From: Desulfobacterales bacterium
GTDB lineage: Bacteria; Desulfobacterota; Desulfobacteria; Desulfobacterales; JAHEIW01
DNA: 64,000 nt
Direction of reading: 5' to 3'
NCBI GenBank assembly: GCA_050122475.1
Contig: JASFIV010000001.1
Coordinates: 30,637-94,636 of the forward strand
A program made the translations under genes and the position numbers. The notes beneath the pieces were generated by a model. It was not told the origin of the DNA. It made no database searches and saw only the letters and a program-made list of their open reading frames with translations. Shown here in pieces: positions 37,409 to 46,345 of the stretch. Positions within the stretch are counted from its first letter, which is position 1, and each line of letters opens with the position of its first letter.

Positions 37409-38746
37409 TTAGTCGGCTTCGAGTAAGGCCGCCTGCTCCCGCCCCTTTTCCTCATCTACAAAATAAAACAGAACAGCCCCGACGACAAACAGGATCAAGA
37501 TGGAGGCAATACCCCAGCGGGAAGCCATTTGGCCAACGGCGATAACCTGCTCGGGTGTTGGTGAGGGCGGCATCAGGAGTCGTCTGGCAGTCAGCCCCAC
37601 AATGCCCATCAATACCGGGCCTAAAATGACCGCAAATTTACCCAGCATGTTGTAAAAGCCGTAATATTCGGCGGCTTTGTTTTTGGGGATCAGGCGTGAA
37701 TAATAAGAGCGGCTAAGCGCCTGGATGCCGCCCTGAACCAGACCAATGGCCATGGCCAGGATGTAAAATTCCGTTTTCTGCGTCATCATGGCACCCCAGA
37801 CGGTGACTGCCATGTAAATGGCAATCGCCAGATAGATGGATTTGCGAACGCTCCAGCGCTCTCCCAATTTGCCGAATACCAGAGCCGCCGGGAATCCGAT
37901 AAACTGCACGATTAGCAGCGCAATGATTAAATCGTTGGAATCAAATCCAAGAGAGAGGCCATAATCGACGGCCATGCGGATAATGGTATCGACGCCGTCG
38001 ATGTAAAACCAATAGGCCAGCAGAAAGATAAAAACGACTTTGAGGTGACGAATTTTTTTAAATGTTCCGGCAAATTGGCGGAACCCGGCAATCACAATAC
38101 TGTCAGTGTTCTTTTCGGTCGAGACGCCTTTTTCTTCCGGAACCCAGAATATCGTAAAAAAGGTGAACAGTCCCCACCATAAAGCCACAGACAAAAACGA
38201 AAACCGCACGGCGGCGGCGGCATCAGGCAATCCGAATTTTTGCGGCATCAACGTCATGAGCACATTGATGAGAAACAAAAGCCCACCGCCCAGATACCCC
38301 ATGGAAAAGCCCAGGCCGGAGACATAATCGATTTTATCCTCGCCTACGATCCCGGGCAGTAATGAATCATAAAAAACATTGGCACCCGAAAATCCGATGA
38401 TGCCCATTGCATAAATGAAGATGGCCCATCCCCACTGCCCCCTCTGGACCAGAAAAAGAGCGGCTGTCATGAGCACACCCACGTAGGCAAAAAAAACCAG
38501 CAACTTTTTTTTTGCAGAGCCTTTATCGGCGATGGCTCCCAGTATGGGAGCCATTATGGCCACAATCAAACTGGCAATTGAATTACCAAAGCCCAGCTGA
38601 GCGGTGCTAACGTTTACATCGGCTCCGTAACTCCAATATTGCTTAAAAAAAATTGGAAAAAATCCGGCCATCACGGTGGTGGCAAATGCAGAATTTGCCC
38701 AGTCATACAAGGCCCAGCCCCAGATTGTTTTCTTATCAGATTTCAA
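37409..38746 (-). CDS. MFS transporter, UMF1/Atg22-like family
   Basis: The N-terminal WGWALYDWANSAFATT signature is present and there are about 12 TM segments. Confidence 0.75.
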   Translation of the reverse strand: MKSDKKTIWGWALYDWANSAFATTVMAGFFPIFFKQYWSYGADVNVSTAQLGFGNSIASLIVAIMAPILGAIADKGSAKKKLLVFFAYVGVLMTAALFLVQRGQWGWAIFIYAMGIIGFSGANVFYDSLLPGIVGEDKIDYVSGLGFSMGYLGGGLLFLINVLMTLMPQKFGLPDAAAAVRFSFLSVALWWGLFTFFTIFWVPEEKGVSTEKNTDSIVIAGFRQFAGTFKKIRHLKVVFIFLLAYWFYIDGVDTIIRMAVDYGLSLGFDSNDLIIALLIVQFIGFPAALVFGKLGERWSVRKSIYLAIAIYMAVTVWGAMMTQKTEFYILAMAIGLVQGGIQALSRSYYSRLIPKNKAAEYYGFYNMLGKFAVILGPVLMGIVGLTARRLLMPPSPTPEQVIAVGQMASRWGIASILILFVVGAVLFYFVDEEKGREQAALLEAD

Positions 38747-38797
38747 ACCGACATCTCCGCTTTCGATATAATCAATTTTCAGTTATCGTTTTTCAGG

Positions 38798-38872
38798 TCT
38801 CTGGCTTCTAGCTGCTAGCAACTGATTCCCCGCTTCCCGCCAGAAGCAAGAAGCGAGAAGCCAGCGGCCAGA
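38798..38872. repeat. Word-repeat hairpin (CTGGCTTCT/AGAAGC words)
   Basis: tctctggcttctagctgctagc pairs with gccagaagcaagaagcgagaagccagcggccaga. Confidence 0.75.
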
Positions 38873-38950
38873 AATATTGAATCTGAATTAAGACTTAGTA
38901 CGAAAACATAAAAGTATCAAGGGACTGCTGATTGAATATTCGGGTTTAGG

Positions 38951-39652
38951 CTATCGACCTACCGGAACGAAGTACAACGGCTGCTCATTGGCAGGCAGGT
39001 GAGCGATCTCTTTGACGGCTTCATCGCGAAAAGCACCAATCACCGCCGTATGGAGCCCTATAGCGATCGCCTGTAAACATACATTTTGAGCTGCGTGGCC
39101 CACCTCCATGTGCACATAACGAATACCACGGTGGCCATATTTTCCGGTGGTACGCTCATATACCGCGCAAAACAACAAGACCGCGGGTGCCTTTCGGATG
39201 GCTCCCTGACGCAGGGCGGCACGGCTGAGTTCTGTGCGTTTGTCTCCGGAGACGATTTTAATCAATGCATGCTGGTGGGGGCTGTATTTGTAAATAGCGG
39301 AAGGAAGGTTTTCGATCCGGCCGGCGATGACATAGAGTTCCAGCGGGTAAAGGGCTCCGGCAGATGGTGCTGTTCGGAATCCGCGCGCTGTAGTGATCCC
39401 CTGGGCTGACCACACCAGTTGAGAAATCTCAACCAGATCCAGGGGATCGTTTTTATAGGAGCGCACCGATCGCCTTGCCTGTAGAGCCTTTTCGACCGAA
39501 ATGTCTCCGTCGGTCCGCGGATCGGGTAATTGAATCGTCTGAGTCGGGCTTGCCGGCGACATGGATTCACATCTCCCGGGTGCGGCAGGGGTTAACGTCA
39601 GCAGCATGGCGACTGTCAGCTGGGCTGCCACCCCAATATAAGCCGGGCGCAT
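38951..39652 (-). CDS. Nitroreductase-family (SagB-type) protein with N-terminal signal-like segment
   Basis: Has the ARRSVRSY motif and nitroreductase-like length. The N-terminus is hydrophobic (AAQLTVAMLLTLTPAAPG). It lies 72 nt downstream of the 1465-aa gene on the same strand. Confidence 0.65.
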   Translation of the reverse strand: MRPAYIGVAAQLTVAMLLTLTPAAPGRCESMSPASPTQTIQLPDPRTDGDISVEKALQARRSVRSYKNDPLDLVEISQLVWSAQGITTARGFRTAPSAGALYPLELYVIAGRIENLPSAIYKYSPHQHALIKIVSGDKRTELSRAALRQGAIRKAPAVLLFCAVYERTTGKYGHRGIRYVHMEVGHAAQNVCLQAIAIGLHTAVIGAFRDEAVKEIAHLPANEQPLYFVPVGR

Positions 39653-39723
39653 GGGTTTTTATCCTTAATTTAACGATTGCCGATAAAATGCTAAAATCGC
39701 TCCGGTATCGCCTTACTGGATTT

Positions 39724-42700
39724 TTAAAGCGGACCGGACTTCTTAGGGTATTTCATAATATGCTCATGCAATCGTTCAGCCCGTAAACAGAACGTTTCCA
39801 GCTTTGCATCAATGAGTTGCGGAAAAGGAGAACCATCGCTTTCAATGGCCAGAAACGGAAGCTGCTCGACATCGGTCAAAACGGCTCTCAGCTGATGACT
39901 CGCAGGATCTGTTGCCAGTTTTTCTTCCCGGGTCATGGTTTCATTCAAAATGGCTTCCGACAACCGGTTGGGCATGCAACCAAACGGGCCGATGGCAATG
40001 ACACCGCAGGACTGAGAAACCACTTCGGTCAGGGAACCACCGACGGTCAGCACCGCTTCACCCGGAAGATTTCTGGAGATGTGAGGCGAGGCATTTTTGA
40101 TGAAGGTGTCGATGTCGACGGGCTCAGCGTGCACCAGGCCCGATTGGTTTAAAATCGATTTGATGCGCTTTTCATAACGGGCCTGAAATTTATTGCGGAT
40201 CTTGAATTTTATTTTTTCCATTATGTTCAAGGAGTCTGGATTCAGTCCCTGATCCACCATGTAGTTGCAATATAATATCCACTCGGCAACCGGCGAACAA
40301 ATGGTGGCAAATCCTTTTTCTGCCAGACGCTCGGTGATGTATTGGCGCGAGAGAGCATCCCGGCGCACAAAAATCTCGCCGGAGAGGGTGATTTTCGGAA
40401 CGGTTTCAAATGGTTTTTTCATGGGTAGCTGCTGCAGGTGCTGCGCCGTATGTATAAGCTGTTCCTCGAGAACAGGAAATTCACCTTTTTCCAGTGCGGC
40501 CAGCAGCGCCTGCCATTCCAATTCAAAGATCTCCATGGCTTTGTGGGGCTCAACCGCATTGGCCAGTATCATCGAGCGAATGTCTTCCATGACGTCGGCA
40601 ACGACCACCGACCACCATCCCCGGGTTTCGAAATCTTTGTCCATTCCCATGTAGCCGTCCTCGGACGTCAGGGTAAACAAGGCCACATCCGGTATTTCAA
40701 GCCGCTTGATGAGATCTTCCATAAAGATAGAATATTGCCCGAAACGACACGGCCCGGAGCCGGTGGCAAAGAAATAAACCAGTACCTCACCGTCACGTTT
40801 GCCGTTATTGACGTAACTGAGCAGTGTTCCGGTGGTCAGAATCAACGGCAGGCATTCTTTGCAGGAAGTGTTGGCGCGACCCAGTTTTAATACGGCTTCA
40901 TCTGAAGGGCGATGCGCTTTGGCGTGAAAGCCGGAGCCCTTCAAAATGGCCGAAAATGCTTCAGAAGATAGCCTCCCCATAGAGGCCAGCAAAACCGTAA
41001 CCCGCGGATCAGTCATGGGTATAGCGTCACCCGAAGAGGTCAGTATTTTGGTTGTGCCGTTATCATGCACGATCCGGGCCGGTTGAAATGTTCGCCGGGG
41101 CTGGATGATTTTTTTCTGGGCAATCAGCTGACGGTAGGCCTGCACGATATCCAAAAATGCTTCGACGCGGGTTTCCAATCCGGCATCCGCTGTATGGCTG
41201 TCGAGTTCCAGGGTAAGGGAAGGTTTGCGGCCCATGATTTCGCGGAAATATCCAACCACAAATGAATCCGGGCCGCAGGAAAAATTGGTGATATAGGTGC
41301 CGAACAGCTGGGGATGGCGCTTGACCAGTCGGCCGGCTTTCATCATCAGTTTTCCCATGCCCCAGTACATATGCCGCTTGGATCGCTCTTCACCGAATTT
41401 GAGAAAATCAAGCGGAATTACCGGAATACCTCTTGAAGCAAATTTGTGCGGGATGCCCATGTGGGCTTCATCCGCATAACCATTATACGGACGGGAAAAA
41501 ATCACCACAGCAAACTTATTCGGATCCGCTTCCAGTTCGGCCATGGCGCTTTGACCGATGGCCTGCATTTCAGCCATACAATCCAATTGTCTGCGCAAAG
41601 CTGTCTCAAAGGCAGCTTCAGCCGCTTTGCGTCTGATGCCCATCTTTTTAGCAGCCGCGAGCAACGGTTGGCGCGCATCTGTTAGTCCTCTGGAAAGATC
41701 GATCAGGGGAGTTAACAGCTGTGTCCCTGATTTGGCTAGCAGTTCCAATTTTTTGCGAAAGGTGGTTTGCAGATAAAACGTTTCACCCTGAACCAGCGGG
41801 CACACCTGGGAATGATGATTGCCGTCGGTTTCACTTTCGCTGGGCACGGCTTTAAAATGCGGCAGAAAAATAAAATCGGGTGCTGGCCGGGTTTCAATCA
41901 AGGAATAGAAAAAGCCATGGGCCAGCTCAACCGGGTAGCAAAAAGGCGCATTGCGCTGGTCAATGCCTTCTTGGGAGGGTTCCGGCGGCAAAAGGACCGC
42001 ATAGCCCAGCTCGGCAAAAAAATTGGAATACAACGGATAGTATGTGTTAGTTAAAAAGCTGCGATTAAAACCGATGGTTCCCCGCTGGGGGCGGCCTGAA
42101 TCCGCCGCCGGCCGCGCGCCGTATTTTTCAAATATGAGCTGCTGGCGGATTCGCACCAGATCCAGTTTGGCGACATCATATTTTACATTGTGCCGCAGGT
42201 TGTAATAGCGATTGCAGGCACCGCCAAAAGGATATTTTTTACCCTCGACCTGAATCATGGCAATATCACAACGGCGATCGCATTTTTCGTTTCCGCCTTT
42301 GCAGACGAATGATTTTTTATACGTGACACTGCGGTTTGCCAGCGTTGCCAGATCAAATTGGTCTGCGGACATCAGTCCGGTATCAATTCGATTTTTAACG
42401 GCCAGCGCAACACCATATGCACCCATCAGTCCGGGTTCCGGCGGAACCACGATGGGTTTGCCAATCAGGGAGGCCATGGCCAATGGAACAGCTGTGTTGT
42501 AACAAACCCCTCCCTGCATAAATACTTTTTCACCCACCGGCCGATTGCCCTTGACGCGATTTGAATAATTCATACAGATGGAATATACCAGCCCGGCGAC
42601 AATGTCTTCATGACGCGCACCTTCGTGAATCGCGTTTTTAATGTCGGAGGCAATGAACGCGGCGCATTGATCATTAAAATTCGGCGGCTGTTGCCCTTTC

Positions 42701-44121
42701 AGGGCTACACCGGCAATTTTCTCCATTTCGACCCCGAGGGTTTCATAAGCCGATTCTTCTAAAAATGAGCCGGTGCCAGCTGAACAGGCCTCGTTCATGG
42801 CATAATCAGACGGCACCCCGTTGGTGATATAGGTGTATTTGGCATCCTGGCCGCCGATTTCAAAAATGGTGTCGACTTTGGGGTCAAAATAGACGGCAGC
42901 GGTGGCATGCGCGATGATTTCGTTGATAACGCCATCGGTAAGGGCATGCAAACCAGCAATCTGCCGGCCCGATCCGCACACACCGAGGCCGATAATCGAC
43001 AGTTGCGCCGGGCCCACCCGCCTCTGGATTTGTTCCAGAATGGATTGGTAACAGCGTCGGGAAGCGCCGACCGGGTCACCATTGGTGCGCAGGTAAACCG
43101 AGGCCAGCATGGCATCATCTGATTTACGCATCAACACCGCTTTGGTTGTGGTCGAGCCAACATCCAGGCCTAAAATGCAGGTATCGCCGGGCTTAACATC
43201 CCCTTTTTCAATGGTTTTGAAATCAACCTCCGCGGCAAAATCATTCAGCGGCGGTAAGGTATCGAATGAGGTGATTTCCGAGCGGAACAAATTGGCCTCA
43301 CCTTCAACCGCAGCGGTTTCATGTTCCAGCGCCCATAATGCGGCTCCCAGGGCTTCAAAATAAGGGGCTTCATCCGGTACCACCAATCCCGGGATGTCCT
43401 GTTTAAGGTAATCGACCATCATATGGTTACGGGCAGTGCCGCCGGCGAGCAATAAATTGCGCCGTTCCACCTTTTTGAGGAGTTCCAGAATTTTATTGGC
43501 CATCATTTTACATAATCCGGCGGTAACCTGGGATTTTGGAACACCTTTGTTGGTGGCGTGGGTGCAATCCGATTTACAAAAAACCGAACAACGCCCCGAT
43601 ACGTGGTGGGGTGACTCTACTGACGCCCATTGCGCGGCTTCATCCAGAGTAACATTCATGCGCCGCAGTTGCTGTAGAAAAAATTCACCGGTACCCGAAG
43701 CGCATTTATTTCCCGTGATAACGTTGGATATGCGCCCGGACCGATCCAAAACGTAGACCATGAAGGTCTCGCCGCCGGCCGAAATAATGGCTGGACAATC
43801 AACCCCCGGCGGCTTGACATACTGATAAGCATATTCGACGGCTTCGGGTTCGGAAATGGACGTCAGGTTTACAAATTTGCGAAATTTACGGCCGGTGGCA
43901 GCAATGCGATCAAAGGAGCTCAAATCCAGCTGTTCAAAGGCTTTTAGCAGCGTGCGCTTCGGATCGCCCTCATGGGGATAAAGGGCGGATTCAATCAACA
44001 AAGGTTTGGATTGCAGGGCTGGATCATCGGCTTCTGGATGAGGTGGTGCCAGTGTTAGCTGGGCGATCGAAACAGTTGATGCCCCCAAACAGATTCCCAA
44101 AGATTTTATCGCTTCAGCCAT
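39724..44121 (-). CDS. Giant BCR/HAD-family protein: two BadF/BadG/BcrA/BcrD-type activase ATPase modules fused to DUF2229-type dehydratase-related domains (PlsA/Ger-like candidate)
   Basis: Module 1 has LGICLGASTVS, NKCASGTGEFF and CSVFCKSDCTHATNKG. Module 2 has ILGLDVGSTTTKAV, NEACSAGTGSFLEE and QCAAFIASDIKNAIHEG. The ~850-aa C-terminal region resembles the uncharacterised domain of CoA-enzyme activases. Confidence 0.75.
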   Translation of the reverse strand: MAEAIKSLGICLGASTVSIAQLTLAPPHPEADDPALQSKPLLIESALYPHEGDPKRTLLKAFEQLDLSSFDRIAATGRKFRKFVNLTSISEPEAVEYAYQYVKPPGVDCPAIISAGGETFMVYVLDRSGRISNVITGNKCASGTGEFFLQQLRRMNVTLDEAAQWASVESPHHVSGRCSVFCKSDCTHATNKGVPKSQVTAGLCKMMANKILELLKKVERRNLLLAGGTARNHMMVDYLKQDIPGLVVPDEAPYFEALGAALWALEHETAAVEGEANLFRSEITSFDTLPPLNDFAAEVDFKTIEKGDVKPGDTCILGLDVGSTTTKAVLMRKSDDAMLASVYLRTNGDPVGASRRCYQSILEQIQRRVGPAQLSIIGLGVCGSGRQIAGLHALTDGVINEIIAHATAAVYFDPKVDTIFEIGGQDAKYTYITNGVPSDYAMNEACSAGTGSFLEESAYETLGVEMEKIAGVALKGQQPPNFNDQCAAFIASDIKNAIHEGARHEDIVAGLVYSICMNYSNRVKGNRPVGEKVFMQGGVCYNTAVPLAMASLIGKPIVVPPEPGLMGAYGVALAVKNRIDTGLMSADQFDLATLANRSVTYKKSFVCKGGNEKCDRRCDIAMIQVEGKKYPFGGACNRYYNLRHNVKYDVAKLDLVRIRQQLIFEKYGARPAADSGRPQRGTIGFNRSFLTNTYYPLYSNFFAELGYAVLLPPEPSQEGIDQRNAPFCYPVELAHGFFYSLIETRPAPDFIFLPHFKAVPSESETDGNHHSQVCPLVQGETFYLQTTFRKKLELLAKSGTQLLTPLIDLSRGLTDARQPLLAAAKKMGIRRKAAEAAFETALRRQLDCMAEMQAIGQSAMAELEADPNKFAVVIFSRPYNGYADEAHMGIPHKFASRGIPVIPLDFLKFGEERSKRHMYWGMGKLMMKAGRLVKRHPQLFGTYITNFSCGPDSFVVGYFREIMGRKPSLTLELDSHTADAGLETRVEAFLDIVQAYRQLIAQKKIIQPRRTFQPARIVHDNGTTKILTSSGDAIPMTDPRVTVLLASMGRLSSEAFSAILKGSGFHAKAHRPSDEAVLKLGRANTSCKECLPLILTTGTLLSYVNNGKRDGEVLVYFFATGSGPCRFGQYSIFMEDLIKRLEIPDVALFTLTSEDGYMGMDKDFETRGWWSVVVADVMEDIRSMILANAVEPHKAMEIFELEWQALLAALEKGEFPVLEEQLIHTAQHLQQLPMKKPFETVPKITLSGEIFVRRDALSRQYITERLAEKGFATICSPVAEWILYCNYMVDQGLNPDSLNIMEKIKFKIRNKFQARYEKRIKSILNQSGLVHAEPVDIDTFIKNASPHISRNLPGEAVLTVGGSLTEVVSQSCGVIAIGPFGCMPNRLSEAILNETMTREEKLATDPASHQLRAVLTDVEQLPFLAIESDGSPFPQLIDAKLETFCLRAERLHEHIMKYPKKSGPL

Positions 44122-44710
44122 CGAATCAGTTTCAACTTTCAGTCGCTTTAGGTTAGTGCTTTACTGATGAGCCTGTATCCTATCAGTTTTCCATGGGAAG
44201 GATTGTCGTGGCCCAATATTCGGTTCATGCCATAGCAGGCCTGTAACCTGATGATGGAAATCATCCTCCAAATATCCGGTCACCCGAAGGTTGGCAAAAA
44301 GACAATGCCCGGTCTCATTGCGTCATCGCACGAATCAAAAGGCCGGGATTTCCAGAAGGGTGTTCCAGGGCGGCTACCCGCGTTTTCGAGGCCTTAAACA
44401 TGGTCCCCCCGGGCAGAGCAATTTGTGTTGTCTTACTTTAATTTGAATCGACTTGCAAGGTTTAAGTGATTTGAAAATCAATTTAATGCATCGGTCGGGT
44501 CGATGCCGTCGGCTGACCATCGCACAGTCAGAAATTTGTTGATATTATTTTATTTCAATAAGATAAAAGGCAAACTGATCATAATAACCAATTTTCCGGG
44601 CGTCAAGCGCGATACGACGCTTGACATTAAATTAGCGGTTTTATACAACCGTATAGTATTTAATAATTAAATAATATCAATGGATTAATCCAGCTAAAGG
44701 AGATAGAGCC

Positions 44711-46186
44711 ATGATGCGTCGCTATCTTCTGATCAGCGCAGTAGGTTTTTTGCTTGGCGGGCTGATCGGATGCATTAACTTGGGCCCTCATTATCAACAC
44801 CCTGATGTAAATATCGAAATCCCGAAATATTATCAGAGCGATTCAATCAAATCCAGCACCGATGCTATGATTACCGATCGCTGGTGGCAGGATTTCAATG
44901 ACCCCGAGCTCAACCGGCTGGTTGAGGCTGTGTTGCAGCATAACTGGGATTTGAAACAGGCCGCGGCCCGGATTCTGGAGGCCCGGGCCCAGTATGTTCA
45001 GGTTGGTGCCGACCGTTGGCCCCAGGTAAATTTCGATTATGACTGGAATAAACGTCGCTTCGGCGGCGTCAATGTCGGACGCGGAGAGACGATTACCACC
45101 CACCAGGTGGCTTTTAGGGCGCTTTTTGAAATCGATCTGTGGAGCCGCCTGGCCAAAGCCTCCCGGGCGGCCTGGAATGAAATTCTGGTGGATGAAGAAA
45201 ACCGCCGTACGATTGCTCAAACTCTGGTCGCTGAAACCATCAACCTGTATTTGCAGATCGAAGCCTTTGAACGCAGACTCCAAATTGCCGCCGATAGTAT
45301 TGCGGCCTTTGAACGCAGTCTGCAGTTTGTCGAAACCCGGTACCGCCGGGGCCTGACCTCTGTCCTGGATGTTCGGCAGGCGCGCAGAATCCTGTCCGGA
45401 GCCCAAATTCGCGTTCCCGAATTGCAGCAGCAACTGGGAATTACCCAGCAGCAACTTTCGATATTACTGGGCCGTTATCCGGAAACCCGGCCGGCACGGC
45501 CCCAGCCGGAGGACTATTACCGGCAGCCGGAACCGGTGCCGACCGGCCTTCCCTCCACCCTGTTGCGCCAACGACCTGATATTCGCGCTGCGGAGGTGCG
45601 GCTGCAGGCCCTAAACGAGCAAATTGGTGCCGCTAAAGCAGACCGGTTTCCGAAAATCACCCTGACCGGCAGTTACGGTTGGAATGCGGACGGTAAAGAC
45701 CGGCTGTTTAAAAGCGAAAGCGTCATCTGGAATTTTGCCCGCGGTGTGATGCAACCCCTTGTGGATGCCGATCTTTTAAAAGCCCGTCAGCGAGGCGTTG
45801 AAGCCCAGTACCAGCAGGCTGTTTCAGATTATGCCAACACCGTCTTAAATGCCTTTGCCGAAGTGGAAGGGGCGTTGTTGACCCGCCAAAAACAGCTTGA
45901 ACGCCGGCAGCGCGAGGTGGTTTTTTTAGAGGAAGCCCGTGCGACCCAGCGTGTGGCGCAAAACCGTTACATAAAGGGGCTTGTACAATATTTGGATGTA
46001 CTGGACGCCCAGCAGACGCGGTTTACGGCTGAAGATAGACTGGCCGAGGTGGATTTGAGCATTTTGTCTAACCGTGTTAATTTACACCGTGCTTTAGGCG
46101 GCAGCTGGGCTGTGCCAGAACCGATTAAATTGCAGAGGGATGGATATTTCTTTGACTTTGAAACCCAAGATACCATTTTTCCATAA
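44711..46186 (+). CDS. Outer-membrane efflux lipoprotein, NodT/OprM family
   Basis: The lipobox is LIGC. RWWQDFNDPELNRLVE and a two-repeat OMF layout are present. AAGGAG lies 8 nt upstream of the ATG. Confidence 0.8.
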   Translation: MMRRYLLISAVGFLLGGLIGCINLGPHYQHPDVNIEIPKYYQSDSIKSSTDAMITDRWWQDFNDPELNRLVEAVLQHNWDLKQAAARILEARAQYVQVGADRWPQVNFDYDWNKRRFGGVNVGRGETITTHQVAFRALFEIDLWSRLAKASRAAWNEILVDEENRRTIAQTLVAETINLYLQIEAFERRLQIAADSIAAFERSLQFVETRYRRGLTSVLDVRQARRILSGAQIRVPELQQQLGITQQQLSILLGRYPETRPARPQPEDYYRQPEPVPTGLPSTLLRQRPDIRAAEVRLQALNEQIGAAKADRFPKITLTGSYGWNADGKDRLFKSESVIWNFARGVMQPLVDADLLKARQRGVEAQYQQAVSDYANTVLNAFAEVEGALLTRQKQLERRQREVVFLEEARATQRVAQNRYIKGLVQYLDVLDAQQTRFTAEDRLAEVDLSILSNRVNLHRALGGSWAVPEPIKLQRDGYFFDFETQDTIFP

Positions 46187-46206
46187 GCATCAATCCGTAC
46201 CTAAAT

Positions 46207-46312
46207 CGGTTGAGCCCGTTGAGCCCGTTTAGCCGGTTGAACCGGTTAAAATCGGAAATATGTCTGATTCTATGTTTATGGACTAACGGGCAACGGGCTA
46301 AACCGGCCAACC
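46207..46312. repeat. Word-repeat hairpin (GAGCCCGTT words)
   Basis: cggttgagcccgttgagcccgtttagccggttgaaccggtt pairs with taacgggcaacgggctaaaccggccaacc. Confidence 0.8.
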
Positions 46313-46345
46313 TAAAACCGTGATCGCCTATTTTTGCGAAAGCCT

